DNA from: Podarcis pityusensis
Taxonomy: Eukaryota
DNA length: 64,000 nt
Assembly: GCA_964106645.2 (NCBI GenBank)
Contig: OZ067043.1
Direction: 5' to 3' (one strand)
Shown piece after piece: positions 23,692-37,697 of this stretch. A program made the translations under genes and the position numbers. The notes under the pieces are model-generated. The model was not told the DNA's origin, searched no databases, and saw nothing but the letters and a program-made list of their open reading frames with translations. Position 1 is the first letter of the stretch. Each line of letters opens with the position of its first letter.

Positions 23692-24448
23692 AGCAAACCC
23701 ACAATTAAAACAGGACACTGCATGTACTGAAAAACAGTTTCATCTGTGAACTCCAGTAATTGTGGCATCTAGTACAGCAGCAAAACACTTTCTTGACTAT
23801 GGATGTGAGCAAATGGTAATTGCATAGTTACTTGTCCTTGAGAATAAACTAGCTCTAAGAAAGCAACATTTAAGAAGGATGCAGAAGAGACATTGAGTCT
23901 TTTTGCTTAGCATCCACAGGAGAATAAGTCTTTCAGTCAGCCTGCCTCATATACTTTTTTTAAAAGTCCATTTTACTGCAGTGTGGCACACCAATAAACT
24001 CTGACCTCCTAGGAGCCACTACAGCCACACTTGTTTGAATTGTGCCCGTGTTATGTATTGGAGTGGAGGGGGGCAATGTCACAACATCCCCATGATGCCC
24101 TCATTGCAGCCACAGTGTTTCATTCCAGTATGACCACATCCTTGCTGGAGATCAGTCCCTCATCTCCGAAACTATAAGGTAAGGCACATCAGCTGAATGG
24201 TAATGCAGACAAAACAACTGGACTCATCCCACAGCCCTGAACTCTAGTAAGATTATGGAGCTTAGCACTGTTTACAACAGGCAGGCACACCTCACTGCCT
24301 GGGTAGTGTCATCCCAGGCGAGAATCTTGAGACCTTTCGGTGATGCTCATTGAGAAGGCACCAATGGGGCTTCCAAGTGTTGTACAAGGTTGCTGGGCGT
24401 GGAATGAGGTGTACTCACATGAGGTCAGGCAGAGCATAGGGACTGCCA

Positions 24449-27400
24449 TCAGTCCCCGGGATTTGTTGCAAGAAATGAATCCAGAGAAAGTTGCCTCTTG
24501 GAAAAACTACCTTCTTCATGCAGGGTCTGGCTGGTGTGTAGGGAGTCCTGTTTCCTCTTGACAATCTGTACAGTCACACATGCATATGCATTTGACGGAG
24601 AAAGCACTGCGGCCACCTCTAAATCCCATCCCCTTGCTTATAGGCCTAATATTGGTAAGAAGGGTGGAGACAAACCAGCAGGACCCACCCAGCGTGGTTG
24701 GAAGGTTGTGCAGTTGGCAAGCCTCAAACTGGTGGCTCCCAACATGCAGGACCAGTGATGGAGCTCAGTAGACAGAGGGGCGAGATGCTGTTCCCTGTGG
24801 AACGCCCTCCCTTCATATGTCAAGAAGATAAAGAAGTACAAAACTTTTAGACATCTGAAGGCAGCCCTGTATTGGGAGGTTTCTAACACTTGATGTTTTT
24901 ATTATGTTTTTAGATATGCTGTAAGCCACCCAGAGAGGCTGGGGAAACCCAGCCAGATGGGCGGGGAATAAATAAGAATAATAATTCTAGGAACATGATT
25001 GGAGCTGCAGAGAGAGGTAAGAGCTGTTCAGCTCTAGCAAACGGATGTCCTTACCTTGGCAGTGCTGATTGTAGGGCTCCACTTTTCATAAGCTTTCAAG
25101 ACCTGGAAAAGTAGGACAGTCCACATAACACATCTAGCACCATAATGAATACATGGTGTTGACTCCATATGAGGGGGCAGGTTGCAACTGTTTACGTACA
25201 AAGGCGTTTTTAACGTATCAGCTGCCCCCTGGAACCACTGATTGCTTGAGCCAGAAACACAGGGACAGTGTGAAAGAGGAGACAGAGCACACATAACAAG
25301 AGAAGCAGCTAAAAGTGGACCAAGTGTATCCCTTGCTAGAAAGCTATGTTCAGTCATACTTCCAGCTGCAGTTAACGTTTGCATTTCCCCAGAAGCTGGG
25401 GCTAACATTCCATGCTGTTGCATCACCTGCATCTCTCAGGAGAAATTGACATGTGGGTCCATTGGGAAACTTGAAGCAACCAAGCTCTAGATTCTCAGTA
25501 CCTTCTTCATGGCTGTGGAGATGGCAGAGTTGTGGAATTCTGTTTCGGTCACCCACCGGGATGCCGGCAGCTCCAGCTCCACATCCCAGTTTCCTTCATC
25601 TTGATCCAGATTCAAAGAGTAGATCACGTATGTTTGGCGGATGTGGGAGAAGATATGGAGAACCTGGTGAAGGATTTGAAGATATGTAGATGTGGTTAGG
25701 GAAGGTGAGAGATGCCGTTATGTCACAGCATCCCTTCCCTCCCTACCTTCTGGCAGGTAAGAAGGACAAGTTCCTTGGGAAGGAAGAAACCCAGCTGCAG
25801 CCTCATAGAGGGAGGCTGGGCTTTGCATGGAGACCTGGGAGCTTCTCCTTCCCAACCTTCATTGTTTCAGGACAAGGAGCTGCAGGTACATAACCTACTT
25901 GTCTGTGGGAGTGAAGACAGGGAAGAAAGCAGAGACTGTGCTCTAGAACTAGGACAGGGGCACAGGCCTGGAGGCAGACTGCAGTTCTCCAGGCTTCTCT
26001 TCTCAGTCGCTGAGACTCACACTAGGTTGTGCCTCCTTCCCATTCCACACCCCTCCCCAGTCATACTCCTCCAAGTGTTTTTGCCTGGCTGGAATGTGGC
26101 CTTGAAGTGCAATAATGCTCCTGGCCTGCCTGGATGAAAGTATGTGTGTGTATGTATATTAAAACCTGACTTTTGTTTGGCTGGAATGTAGCCTGTTGGC
26201 ATCCGTCTGTCTCGGGAGATAATGGAGGAGTGCGCCTTTGGGGGTCAAGTAGTTCACTCCACTTGTCAAGTGATACTCTGCGCTCCAAGTAACCATTGAA
26301 GCAGGCAGACAGTGGGAGGCCAGCACTTGGGGCTGCTAAGCTTAAGACGGGCAGTAGCTGACTAGCAAGACATGATGATCTCTCCCACCTATGGCATAAT
26401 CTGAGTGATAATCTAAAAATAATCTGAGGACTGAATGGCTGGAAGTGAGATTTAATTCAACCCTGACAAATACTGTTCCAGACATTCATGGGGGCAGTAA
26501 TTTCATTGCCAGGTATTTAACTGCAAAACTTTCCATCTGTCAGTTACAAAACAGAACAACTGTCTTCCCCATCAAACCAGCTTCATGCATGGCACACATC
26601 CTGAAGGTTTTGTTTGGCAGTTAATAGCAACAGAGATTCTGATGCTAATGCCACCCAGGTTGTAAATCCCATGCAAGGGGAGGTGGCGGCGAGAGGGGAG
26701 GTACTTGCTGGAGAGACACTGTATAAACAATGGGCCAATTCTGCAGGGAGGGGGGTCCAATGTACCTCTCCAACATGCTGCAGGCGTCTTGTTGCCACGT
26801 TACTACCAACCCAGGCTTGGAGGTGATCTGCCAGCGCTGCTTTCTGCCGCTTCTCCTGCCCTGACTCAAGGAGGAGGCTTGGAAACTCCCAAAGCCCTGC
26901 CAACAAACCTGCAAGAAAATGTACCGTCACCAGCACAAGCTGATATTGTACAGTAGTTAAGAGCCTGAGTTATGAGCTAGAAATCCCTGGTTCAAAAAAT
27001 CATCTTGGACATAAAATTTGGTATCCTCTGGCAAAGTTACATATTCTCAGCCATATCTAAAAACCTGGGATAATATGCATCTACTTAATAAGGCTGTCAC
27101 AGAGATTCCTGGGATAATGTACACAAAACACCAAGGAAATGCTCTAAATAAATACTGTGTTGTCAATATCATATTTTAAACATAACCATCTATCAGACAT
27201 GTATTTAGAAAACACTGCTTCCATAGTAAACGAGCAGTGCTCCTAAGGTACATGCCTACGTCAGGGCTGAGTGCTCTCTCCCTTGACTAGTGCAGGTGAA
27301 AGTAATGCCTTAAATAATTCAGCTGGTTTTCTTTTACTTCAACTGTGGCATGAATTTTTCAACAGCTGAAAAAATGCTCAATAACAGAGACAGGTCTGGG

Positions 27401-30400
27401 TGCCCAGGGTATCTATCTATTTATTAAATGTGTATACCACCCTTCATCTGAAAACCACAGGGTGGTTCACAACATAAAAATACAAAATGAGAACACAAGA
27501 TACATAATAAACAAAAACAAACCAATAACCCTCCCTCCCACAATCACATTTTAAAGACCATAGAACCTTAATCAGCCAAAGGCCTGGTTATATTGAAACG
27601 TTTTTGCCTGGCACCTAGTATAGCAGCCTGGAATGGACTGGCAGATAAACTTGACCCATCTTGCAGGCATCTGTTTTCTGCAACCACTAGCTCAAAGTCA
27701 TAAACGTGCCTCAACATAAAATTGGAATGATCACTGACGTGGGTGGGGTACAGGAGCTGGAGATGTAACAACAGATTTTCCAGGCATGGTAAGCCTCCCT
27801 TTCTCAGACCATTACCTGTGCTAGGTCTCTGCACAATAAGGTACTCTGGTTTCCCATCACTGCACTTTCTCTGTAGCACACATGTGGCTGTGCACTCGGT
27901 CCTGGGCTGCTTCTTGGCAGTTTTCCTGGGGAAGTTGGTCACACCAAGGCTGGGATCCCATGGCTCTGAAGGAGGCAGGCAGAGGGAGCAGCTCCCTGTG
28001 GTGGCAGCAGCTACAAATCAGAAGAATGAAACAGATGAGATGCCTGGCTCTGAACTGTGGGCAACAGGCAACTGTCTGCAAAGCATATTTGCTGGAAGTG
28101 GCATGTTCTAGGACAGGAAGGCCTGGCTTGCTAATGAAGCCAGAGTTAAACCAATGCTGCCCATTCCATGGGGGCAAAGCTGACAAATGTCAATTCACAA
28201 CCAAACAAGAAACTTCTAATCTCACTGCAAATAAATAAATATATTCCTCAATGCAGCATGAACTGCACACCTAAACTGAATTTGAGCCAGTCTAGTCAAT
28301 AGCTCTATACCAGGGTGGGAAACCTCCAGTCATCCATGTTTCTCTATTGGACCCTTGGAACTCTCCACAGGCCATGCCTCTCATGGCCTCCTCAAGTGTC
28401 TCAGCCTGGCAGGAATGTTCCCTGAACTGTGATAATACATTTTGCTTGCCTGGCTGAAGGATAGAGTCGTTTCTGTTACCCGTTACAGAACGTAGCACTT
28501 GGGGTGAAAATGTTTCCCGCCTCTGATCTATCTGTAGACTCTATGCAATCACACGTGTGAAAGAGATCAATGTGTAGTCATTTACTAGGTTCTCATAGAT
28601 AAACCTACACAATTCAAACAACAGATTACCAGAAGCAGAGAGCAACTATGGTACAAAAATTACCTGCAGGGGAAATAAGATACTTCAGAGGAAGGATCCA
28701 GTGCTCCTCTGCTTCTCTACCAGAGAGCTTTTAGGGACAGACATGTTTAAAAATGAATTTTTGCCATGCATTTGCCATAAACGTAAGGCAGCATACAAAT
28801 ACAAGCATAAAATCCATCAGACTGATAATTAAAATGCAATCAACATACAGTGGTACCTCAGGTTAAGTACTTAATTCGTTCTGGAGGTCCGTTCTTAACC
28901 TGAAACTGTTCTTAACCTGAAGCACTTTAGCTAATGGGGCCTCCCACTGCCGCTGTGCCACCGGAGCACGATTTCTGTTCTCTCTCTTTTTTTAAAATAA
29001 TTTTTATTAACAGGCCAATCAAATCGCATTAATTCCAAATTATACAGCCAAATTTTTAAAATTTTTGTTGGGGGTACCCATACTTCAAGCTCCGAAAGGG
29101 GTCCAAACATCACTCTTGCTGCTGCTTTGATTAAACAGTTCTATCCAGTTCTGTCCAGATAGTCTTTTTGTTATTTTCTTCATCTTCTTGTTGCTATCAT
29201 ATATTCCTTTCTTTGTGATCTCTGATAATCTTCACAAGCGGGTGAAAGACAAACATCTCCTGTGTGGGTTTTACACTCTCCAAAAGTCATATCACATAAA
29301 GGACAGACGCCATTTCCACACCTCCGTTAAAAACATTCCCACAGTCCGTCTGTTGATTTACAGGATTGCCAATTTATATCTCAGAGGGCCCTGCCAGGTC
29401 AAGATAACGTTCCGATAACCATACATTCATATTCCAATGACCCTGGTCCTCCTCCCCCTCGTCCTCCTTAGGCAAGCCTGTCTTCACGAGATTCCATTTA
29501 TTGCTGCGTCATAAAACTTTCCTTCCATTCCCCGATGTTTCCACCAGTTCTCTCTTTAATCAGTAATTCATTCCCACACAGTTCTTAGTCTCCTGCTTGT
29601 GATTAATAATCGCAACAATTCTTCTCTCTGGAGGGGAGGGGTTATTGGTACTCACATAAGGCAAAAAAAGAAAAGTTTTTTCCTCCCCCCCCTTTCCGTT
29701 TCACTCCGACATACCAGTCTTTTAATGATGATTCTTCACTTGATTTATTTATCCAACCCGTCGCTCCGCTCCCAGAGATCCCATTAATCAGCAGTCTTTA
29801 CTCCCGATCTTCACTTGATGTATGTGCATTAGCTTCTTTCCAATTATATATTTCCAATTATATATTTCGAGCTAATGAGAACCAGTGCGCTGATTGGAGA
29901 CAGCATCAGGGAGAGCCGATCTCACTCGAGGGCTTCGTGGTAAGTGTCCACACCCCCTTCTTTCGAATCTGGGGGTGAATTATGGACACAGCTGGCAAGG
30001 CAGTCCCCCCCATCCCCTTGGGGGGGCAAGGGAGGCTACATACTCCCATAGCAGCCTCTTAATTACCTCATGTGGGTCAGAGAGATGTTATTGTCGGCCA
30101 TCTTCCAATGCGCCCCCTGGTGGCCCCCACAATTTCTGTTCTCATCCTGAAGCAAAGTTCTTAGCCTGAAGCACTATTTCTGGGTTAGCGGAGTATGTAA
30201 CCTGAAGCGTATGGTAACCTGAAGTACCACTGTATTAAGTGTGGGTTTGTTTGCTTGCATTTTAATGATTATTTTTATGTAGACCTCATCAAAAACCATT
30301 CATCACAACACTCTCATAAACCATCGCAAAAGCCTGCTCAAATAAAAAGGCCACATGTTTGCTCCTTAAAAACGGATCTGGATTTAGTATGTTTGGTTTT

Positions 30401-33400
30401 TTGGTGGGGAGTGCCCTTAATTTGCTGGCTACAGAAGATGGCTGTGGTTCTTCCCCCTTCTTCTTGCATCTACTACCCTGAATAAAGAAGGGCTGCTGGT
30501 GGAATTGGGAAGAGAAGGTAGAGATTTGCTGGAGGTGGAGATCTGAGAGCTTTCCCACCTTGTAAAAACTCCAAACCACCAACCTGGTAATGCCAGGTCT
30601 TCTCATGCGCTTACCACATTCTTCTACATCCAGCACCTGGGGGCACTTAGAAGCAGGTTTTCCTAACAGTTTCTTGGCAGAGGCTGCCTGCTCTTTTTCC
30701 ACCTGCAGGAAAAGGTTCAAACTATCAGTGAACAGAGAGGTGGGGGGACTGTGCAAGTACTTGTGGCTTCTTCTAGAACTCCCATGTCCTCAGTCTTAAC
30801 ATCAAGCTATATGCTGACATTAGCCATGATTCCAAAGTTGAGACCAAACCCAAGGACAGAATAGGATACACATCTGTGTTGTATATGCAACATTTTAAAA
30901 AAGAGATGAAGTGGGCCTTGTTATGTGAAAGGAATTAGGAAGGATCCACAATTTAGAATATGATTAACTGAAAACATTATAACGAAGCATCAATAGGTGG
31001 CTTTGTTAGACTGTATTTCTGCTTAGGAAGAAATCCAACCATATGAAATTGAACGAACTCCGAGGGAATTTATGTGCATGGCAGCATTCCTAAACACACT
31101 TACTAGGGAGTAAGCACCACTGAAGAAAGTATTTCTGAGCAGACATGCAGGTAGACATGCAGAACCCCCATACAATGTCTGTGTGGTATGTGTACAAGGA
31201 GTGTTAAGTTTTTCAGGGAGCTTTGCAGGAAATGGCTCTTCTTTCCCAACAGATAATAATAATCTGACTCCACAGCAAAACACCAGAGCAAAGGGTATAG
31301 AGGAGGAGCTCCCTTACTTTGTGGTGTGCTCTGCAGTGCTGCTTCACGGGACACTCCATGCACCGTGGGGCCTTGGGAGTGCACACAGTTGCCCCCAATT
31401 CCATCATCGCTTGGTTAAAGTCACCGGGATAGGATGGGTCCACCAGAGTGTGTGCTAAAGCCCTAAGAACGACAGCAGCCTACATTAGCAAGCATAACAA
31501 GTCTTTCTAAAGCAGCAGCCTCAAAAAAGAACAACTCCTGAGCTTTGTTGACCTACAACCACATTGATGGGAGAGCTGAGAGTGAAAAAAAGAGACAGAG
31601 AGAGGTGCTAGTTTTGCACAAAAACTGCCCTGGGGCTGCCAGCTGTCGCTCTGTGCTGTAGGGAAGCATTTCTTAGGGAGGTGGCTACCTACTCCCTAAT
31701 TTTAGAGGGGGCTTTAGAAACCAGCATTCTGTAAAAGCTCAGCAATCAGTAATGGGGAGTTTCCAAAGATGAAGAGCAGCATTTCTAAATTCTCTGCCCT
31801 CTGTCAGTCTCCACAGCACCTAGCTCTTCCTCTTGAGCCAACAAACATTTAGTTAGGACTACCATTGATTTGAATGGAACTTTCTTACATGTGAAGGACT
31901 GAATTATTCACCCCAACTTCTCTGGGTGTGTGTACAGCTCCTGGTTTGCTGATTCAACTGCTAATTCACTATCTTTTTGACCTTAAGAGTTCAAACTCAT
32001 ATGTGTGCGTAGGGCCACTACCAGCAAGAGGAGACCAACTGCAAGTTCACTATATGCAATTAGAGACTGGCTGTGAACAGTTTAGATTTTGCCAGGATGT
32101 GTTGTCTCCAGTTTGGATATCTGATGGGGAAGAAGGAACAAAATACTTTTATTTTCCAAAAGCTATTGTCCTTTCCTGACTCTCAGGTCCTAAAACTATG
32201 CTTGCATCATCCCAACCCCATTCCTTCCCTTACCAGAGTCTGTCAGCAACAGATGCATTGGCAGGGTCAGCACCAATGGCTCGTGTACGGCACAAGACCC
32301 GAATTACGTTCCCATCCACCACACCGGTCACCTGGATGCATTGGACAAAACAGCAACCCAGCTGTTACTGTACTTGTGACAACTTGTGCTCCAGCCTCTA
32401 TTAAGGGCTGCTGACAGAGCTACTGAAGAGCCCAACCAGGCCAAAGAGGGCCCTCTGCCTGCATCAAATTCACTCTGTGAATCCATGGAAAGTTGAGATT
32501 ACGTAGTGGTTAAGATATCAAGTATGGTTCAGGAAGTCTTTGGTTTGAAGTAGAGTGCACAGAGGTACAAGTCATTGTTTAGTGGCTTAGCTAGTAATGT
32601 CTAGTGACCGTATTAAATTCTGTATTAATATTTGTTTCTCTTGCCAGATACCACCTCTGTATGGTTTGTGTTTGTATTGTACAAAAGGAAGTTACTCTTT
32701 AGGACTGATGACCAAGACTAGCCACAATTTAGTCTTTCTTCCAGTCACAGGGTTAGAAAGGTATTGATACTCTTTCTTTTCATTTATATAGGTTATGAAA
32801 TCATTCCATACAGAGCAGAAATCTAAATTACACACCACTTCCTTGGCTGAGATCTTCCTATTTGTTCCTACTTGTTCTAGCGCTAACAGTGAGGGAATTA
32901 GTAGCCAATTCACTGTTTTTAGGGGCATCAAGGGAAACACAGGAGTGAACAACAGCTGCAAAGGGAAAGGAGATAAGAAATGTCTAGCCCCCTATATTGA
33001 CTAAGGACTCAGAAGCCCAAAGCCAGGTTGGGTAATATTCCTTTGTGCATATTCCTAAAGCAAATCTGCCCACTCAGACTGCAACCTCATTACCTGACCA
33101 AACGCTATGGATGCAATAGCTCCTGCAGTGTACTTTCCAACTCCTGGCAACTGCTTCTGCAGCTCTTCTGCTGTCCTGGGCATATGTCCTTCCATCTGTG
33201 ACACCAACTGCAAAATAAACCCAGTTGAAGCAACACAGGGACATTGTCACTCAAAAGCATCCCCTCTGGTGGTTCTTAGACACACCGTTAAAACTTCCAA
33301 CATGCCTTTAAGGTGTCATGATCCTGGAGTCAGATTCCCCTTCTTCAGGGGATGAGGCTGAGGACTCTGAAGCAGGAGGGGAAAGGGAATGCAGGGTCAG

Positions 33401-36400
33401 CCCTGGAAGTACTTCTATCTGATGAGCCTGTGAGGGCAGTGTTCCTCCAGCCAGAGGATGTGGCACTGCTCTCCTTGGAAGAAGCTATTGCAGAACCTTC
33501 CTAGCCCCCTGCTCTATTGCAGTAGGAGTAGGTTGGCTTTCACTGAAGAAGCACTTGCCATTGCAGATGGGGCTAACAACTGGGATGGCCTTGCTGCCAC
33601 TATATAGGGTTCAGTGACTGAAGCAGTATCAGAGCTCCGTGTTTCTATAGCACAACCTGAGCAGCTCATTAAGAAGAAGGTGACCTTTCTGGTGATAAGA
33701 TATAATGAGACGAAAATACTGCCCATTGCCTCTTGGAGGAAGGGTGGGATACAAACATTAGGGGATTTTGGATATACATTTCCTACAAACTATGCCCTCA
33801 GTTTTAGGAAGCTACTCAGCTCAAGAGTAAACCATTTGGGGTTCCCACCTTGCCATCTAATAACACTTTGCTATTCCTACCTGAACTCCCAATTAGACTA
33901 CAGTGGTGCCTCGCAAGACGAAATTAATCCATTCCGCGAGTCTCTTCGTCTTGCGAAGCACAGCTATTAGCGGCTATTAACGGCTTAGCGGCTATTAACG
34001 GCTTAGCGGCTTTAAGAAAAAGGAAACAAACTCGCAAGACGTTTCGTCTTGCGAAGCAAGCCCATAGGGAAATTCGTCTTGCGGAACGACTCAAAAAACG
34101 CAAAACCCTTTCGTCTAGTGAGTTTTTCGTCTTGCGAGGCATTCGTCTTGCGGGGCACCACTGTAGTTAGTACAATAGCTACAGTAGCTAGTTATTTTGC
34201 ACCTGGTTCTTTCCTAAGTGGCTATTAGAAAATCTTTCTTTCTGTAAGCACAGGACATAAAGGGAACTATCTTCTTGCAAAAATGCCTTGTGTCTTGACC
34301 CACTGCCTATAGAGTACCTTATGTGCACCTTCCTGGAGTCGCTTCCCTCGGGAGTAGTAGCCAAGCCCTGCCCATAACTCATTCACCTCCTATTTCCAAA
34401 TAGAAAGAGTTAGAAAAAAAATATTAGACCAGATCAATAATGAATGCTTTCGCTTAGTGTATTTTTTTTGCTATTTCATTTTTGTGGATTTTTTGGGTAT
34501 TTCTGTATTTAAAAAAGAAATATATTTAAATCCTTTTTTAAAGTGGGGTGGAGAGCAAAGCTGCATGTTCCATTCAAATATTCATGCATGAACACACACA
34601 AAATATTGCATTCTCATTCTTACCTCTAGTGAAGCCTGAGCCAGGTCCTGCAAGGTTGGCCATTTCTGTATCAAAAAGGAAAACAGGGACTTGTTTACAA
34701 GGTCTCCAAAGCACAATGGATCCAAGATCCAGAATTCAGGAGCTAATGCACAACAGAGCATGTCACAGAGAGAAAAGGATCTCAGCATCACCTGCATCCA
34801 GCGACTGTAGTAGTTGATCACTGAAGCCACCTGGGTCTGCTGGAGCATTATCTCTGATACCCACACTGCAGGCACAAAGAGAAAGCAGGTGCATCAGGCA
34901 TTCTGATACCTTCCTTGTTCTGCATGGCAAGTGGGAGGGGATGTGCTGCTCAATATACCATATTTTTCGTCCCATAGGGCACACCGGCCCATAGGACGCA
35001 CCTAGGTTTTTTTTGGGGGGGGAATAAAGGGGGGAATTATTTCCCCCCCAGGCGCGGGGGAAGCTTCCCCCGACCCCAGCCCCCCGAACAGGCAGCTCTC
35101 CGCAAGCCTTGGGAGACTGGCATGACTTCCCGCCGGGCTCCCACGGCTTGCGGATATCTGCCTGAAGCCCAAACCAGGTCGGGGAACAGCAGGATGGCAC
35201 GCTGCGCCTCCCCGCTGTCCCCTGAGCTTGTGGGGCTGGCGGCAGGGAGAAGCGGGCTTCTCCCCGCCGCCAGCCTCCAAACCAGGTCGGGGGACAGCGG
35301 GATGGTGGGAACTCCCACGGGCTCCCAAGGCTTGCGGAGAGCTTCCTGAAGCCTGGAGAGCGAGAGGGGTCGGTGCGCACCGACCCCTCTCGCTCTCCAG
35401 GCTTCAGCGAAAGCCTCATTCGCCCCATAGGACGCACACACATTTCCCCTTCATTTTTGGAGGGGAAAAAGTGCGTCCTATAGGGCGAAAAATACGGTAC
35501 TTTAAAGGCAATTGTAAGAGGTTAAGCAACCTTTTTATATCCCAGGGGGACTGTTTAGCTGGAGATAACTAGTTCTGCATGCAGTTCTATCTTGCCCCTT
35601 AAATATTACACTGCTGCCAAAAGTCAAGTGCCATGATCTGACTAGGGGATCTCTAGCAACGCAGAACACCAATGTCCTTAATTGGACTAAGGAGCCACAA
35701 TTCAAAGTATTTTTCTCAGCAGTAAAACTGATACCACCACATTGCTGCTACCACTAGGACAGTGTTGTGTGCAGCCTGCGGCATTTATCTCTAGAGCACC
35801 CCTGAATGCAGATAGATGGCAGGAATCCCCAGCAGAATTCCTGAGTGTTCTTGCTCTCACCAGCATATGCTCGTCTGTCAGCATCCTCTTCACTTGCAGC
35901 CTGTAGAAAAGTGAACAGGGGACTTTAGGGAACAGGACACAGCAAAGCAATTGTCTCTCTCTTCTGAGATATTTCTGTGCATCCTAGAAGCCCAGCACAA
36001 TATGCCATACCAATTTCCTCCAAGGAAGATCTCGTTTGCATTTGTTGTACCAGGTGAGCAGCCTCTTCCGAAACTCTTTGATTTCAGCTGCATTGCTGAA
36101 GGTGTGGAATGGAGACTGTTGGCTGGGAACTCCTGCAACAAAGAGAGGCCAGTTACAATTTTTGCAGTGGCAATTTCTATCGGGTTATACAAATATACAA
36201 GGCAGTTGATAAACCTGTGCTGGGCCAGAGGGGAATACGTATTTGATAGACAGCTGAAGAACAGCAGTCCTACTGGCATACCCCTCTACAAATATTTCCC
36301 AAAGATCTGCTCTTTCTGTTAACCTCAGAAACAGAAGTCCTCAGCAGATATCTCCTTTGTCCATGTCATTCTTCCAGGGCTGGGTAAACCTTTTTCAGCC

Positions 36401-37358
36401 CAAGGGCCACATTCCCTTCTGAGTGACCTTCTTGGGGCCACATGCCAATGGTGGGGAGGGCTGGAGACAAATGTGGGTAGAGAGCAATGAATGTGGATTT
36501 TTACTTTTGTGTAGTGGGCTACTTTTTTTACACACTCACACATTATTCTCTATGTTCCATCTAACTCAAGCAAGAAGCATTTTCAGAGTTCAAGGACACA
36601 TTCTAGCCAGCAAAAACAGTTAAGGAGGATGCAAAGCAGGGCTAATGAGCAGCGGGGCTCTGGAGGTTGTGTGGCCTGGGGAGGGTCCTATGGGCTAGAT
36701 AGAGATTCTTGGAGGATCATATTAGACCCCAGCCTGGATGTTCCACATCCCTGTATCACACAAATTCAAAGCAGGAAGATGAGCCCCTATGATGGCAAAC
36801 TAGACAACAAGCACCGTGTCTGCTTATGTCACACTATTCTAAAACAGAATACTTTTCTGACTCTACAAGTTTCAATTAAATTTCTTTTTTTTAAAAAAGT
36901 CACCAAATAATTTTGGGTCGAAGAATGTTACAAGAACGGAGGCAAGGAAGGTACAAATTTTCAGGTTTTGTGTTGTTGGCCAAGCAACACTAAACATTTT
37001 CTAATTCCTTCATAAGGAAAACTCCATCTATCCCAAAGCCAGTTTGTGGAATCAGTGATGCATTAAATCTGAGATATTTGTAACTTCAGCTTCTGATTCA
37101 GTCTTTGAATGCATAGCCAGCTAAAAAGTTGAGGGGAGTTCAATAGCTGTTACCACAAAATAAGTGATCCTGAAAAGAGGTTCAAACAATTATTTTCAAT
37201 TTTCTTTCATCCTACACTGATGAAAAAAATATTTTTGTAACTCAAGCACCTTTGCATAGTGTGGTATTTCCTTCACATTTTTTCAGCGATTTCTGTTGTT
37301 TCCCAGTGTTCCTTTGTATTCCTAGCTTGCTGCGTGTTGCCAACTGGAGTTTGCTCAT
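24449..37358 (-). CDS. MUTYH: Adenine DNA glycosylase MUTYH, about 522 aa
   Basis: 15 coding exons: 37358-37250, 36132-36011, 35900-35861, 34865-34792, 34665-34624, 34389-34318, 33207-33094, 32331-32234, 31462-31318, 30702-30615, 28010-27816, 26908-26766, 25663-25502, 25102-25055, 24565-24449 (1569 nt, phases consistent). Motifs [26 protein letters not shown], Hh[16 protein letters not shown], Fe-[37 protein letters not shown]-box QLSLDSFL. Confidence 0.95.
24755..24985 (+). mobile_element. LINE (L2-like) 3' end fragment in the last MUTYH intron
   Basis: Homologous to 5720-5862; AATAA-repeat tail. Confidence 0.6.
27415..27615 (-). mobile_element. retroposon 3' fragment (second copy at about 42490-42710)
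   Basis: Shared CAGGGTGGTTCACAACATAAAA...ACAAAAACAAACCAATAA...ATCAGCCAAAGGCCTGGTT. Confidence 0.6.
28848..30232. mobile_element. Tc1/mariner MITE family B split by a nested retroelement
   Basis: TA-CAGTGGTACCTCAGG...AGTACCACTG-TA; halves 28848-28982 and 30128-30232 are collinear with 19444-19678. Confidence 0.88.
28983..30127 (-). mobile_element. 1.15-kb non-autonomous L1-type retroelement
   Basis: 16-bp TSD CAC(G/A)ATTTCTGTTCTC (28967-28982, 30128-30143); AATAAA plus A-rich tail at the minus-strand 3' end; 5' end GGGG...GGAAGATGGCCGAC (L1-like YY1 motif). Confidence 0.75.
33901..34163. mobile_element. Tc1/mariner MITE family A (second copy)
   Basis: Same TIRs and TA TSD as 17990-18328. 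Confidence 0.9.
34958..35497. mobile_element. GC/CpG-rich Tc1/mariner-like non-autonomous element
   Basis: TA-CCATATTTTTCGTCCCATAGG...CCTATAGGGCGAAAAATACGG-TA terminal inverted repeats; internal duplicated segments; explains the spurious ORFs at 34763-35572. Confidence 0.85.
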
Positions 37359-37664
37359 TGCCAGCCTAGAAAAAAAATGTACCACTGTCAAATTATATTT
37401 CTCTTCATCATCTCCAGATCCAAAATTAGCAATATGTGCAACACTCTATACTGTATACAGTACCCTGTATTCCATCAAGGTGGCAAGATGTGAATAAGAA
37501 CTATGAATATAAATGCTGACAATATGGATAGACAGAACTATAGGGCAACTGAAGAGTGATATAAGAGGCCTGCCTTTATTACTCCTTAATAGATGTAGTC
37601 TACATATACAAGAATAGACAGATAATGAATCCTGAGTTTCTGTAATAGATTGCATCACTTTAGA

Positions 37665-37695
<31 letters not shown>

Positions 37696-37697
37696 AT
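37665..37697. repeat. (TATC)n microsatellite
   Basis: Directly visible. Confidence 0.95.

Noticed and set aside
26061-26165. Apparent MUTYH exon after acceptor AG|GTTTTA
   Set aside because: Runs into a stop and resembles the repeat at about 36500-36620; the true FSH-loop exon is 25663-25502
34763-35572. Several overlapping 100-226 aa ORFs
   Set aside because: They arise from the GC-rich transposon at 34958-35497, which has few stop codons
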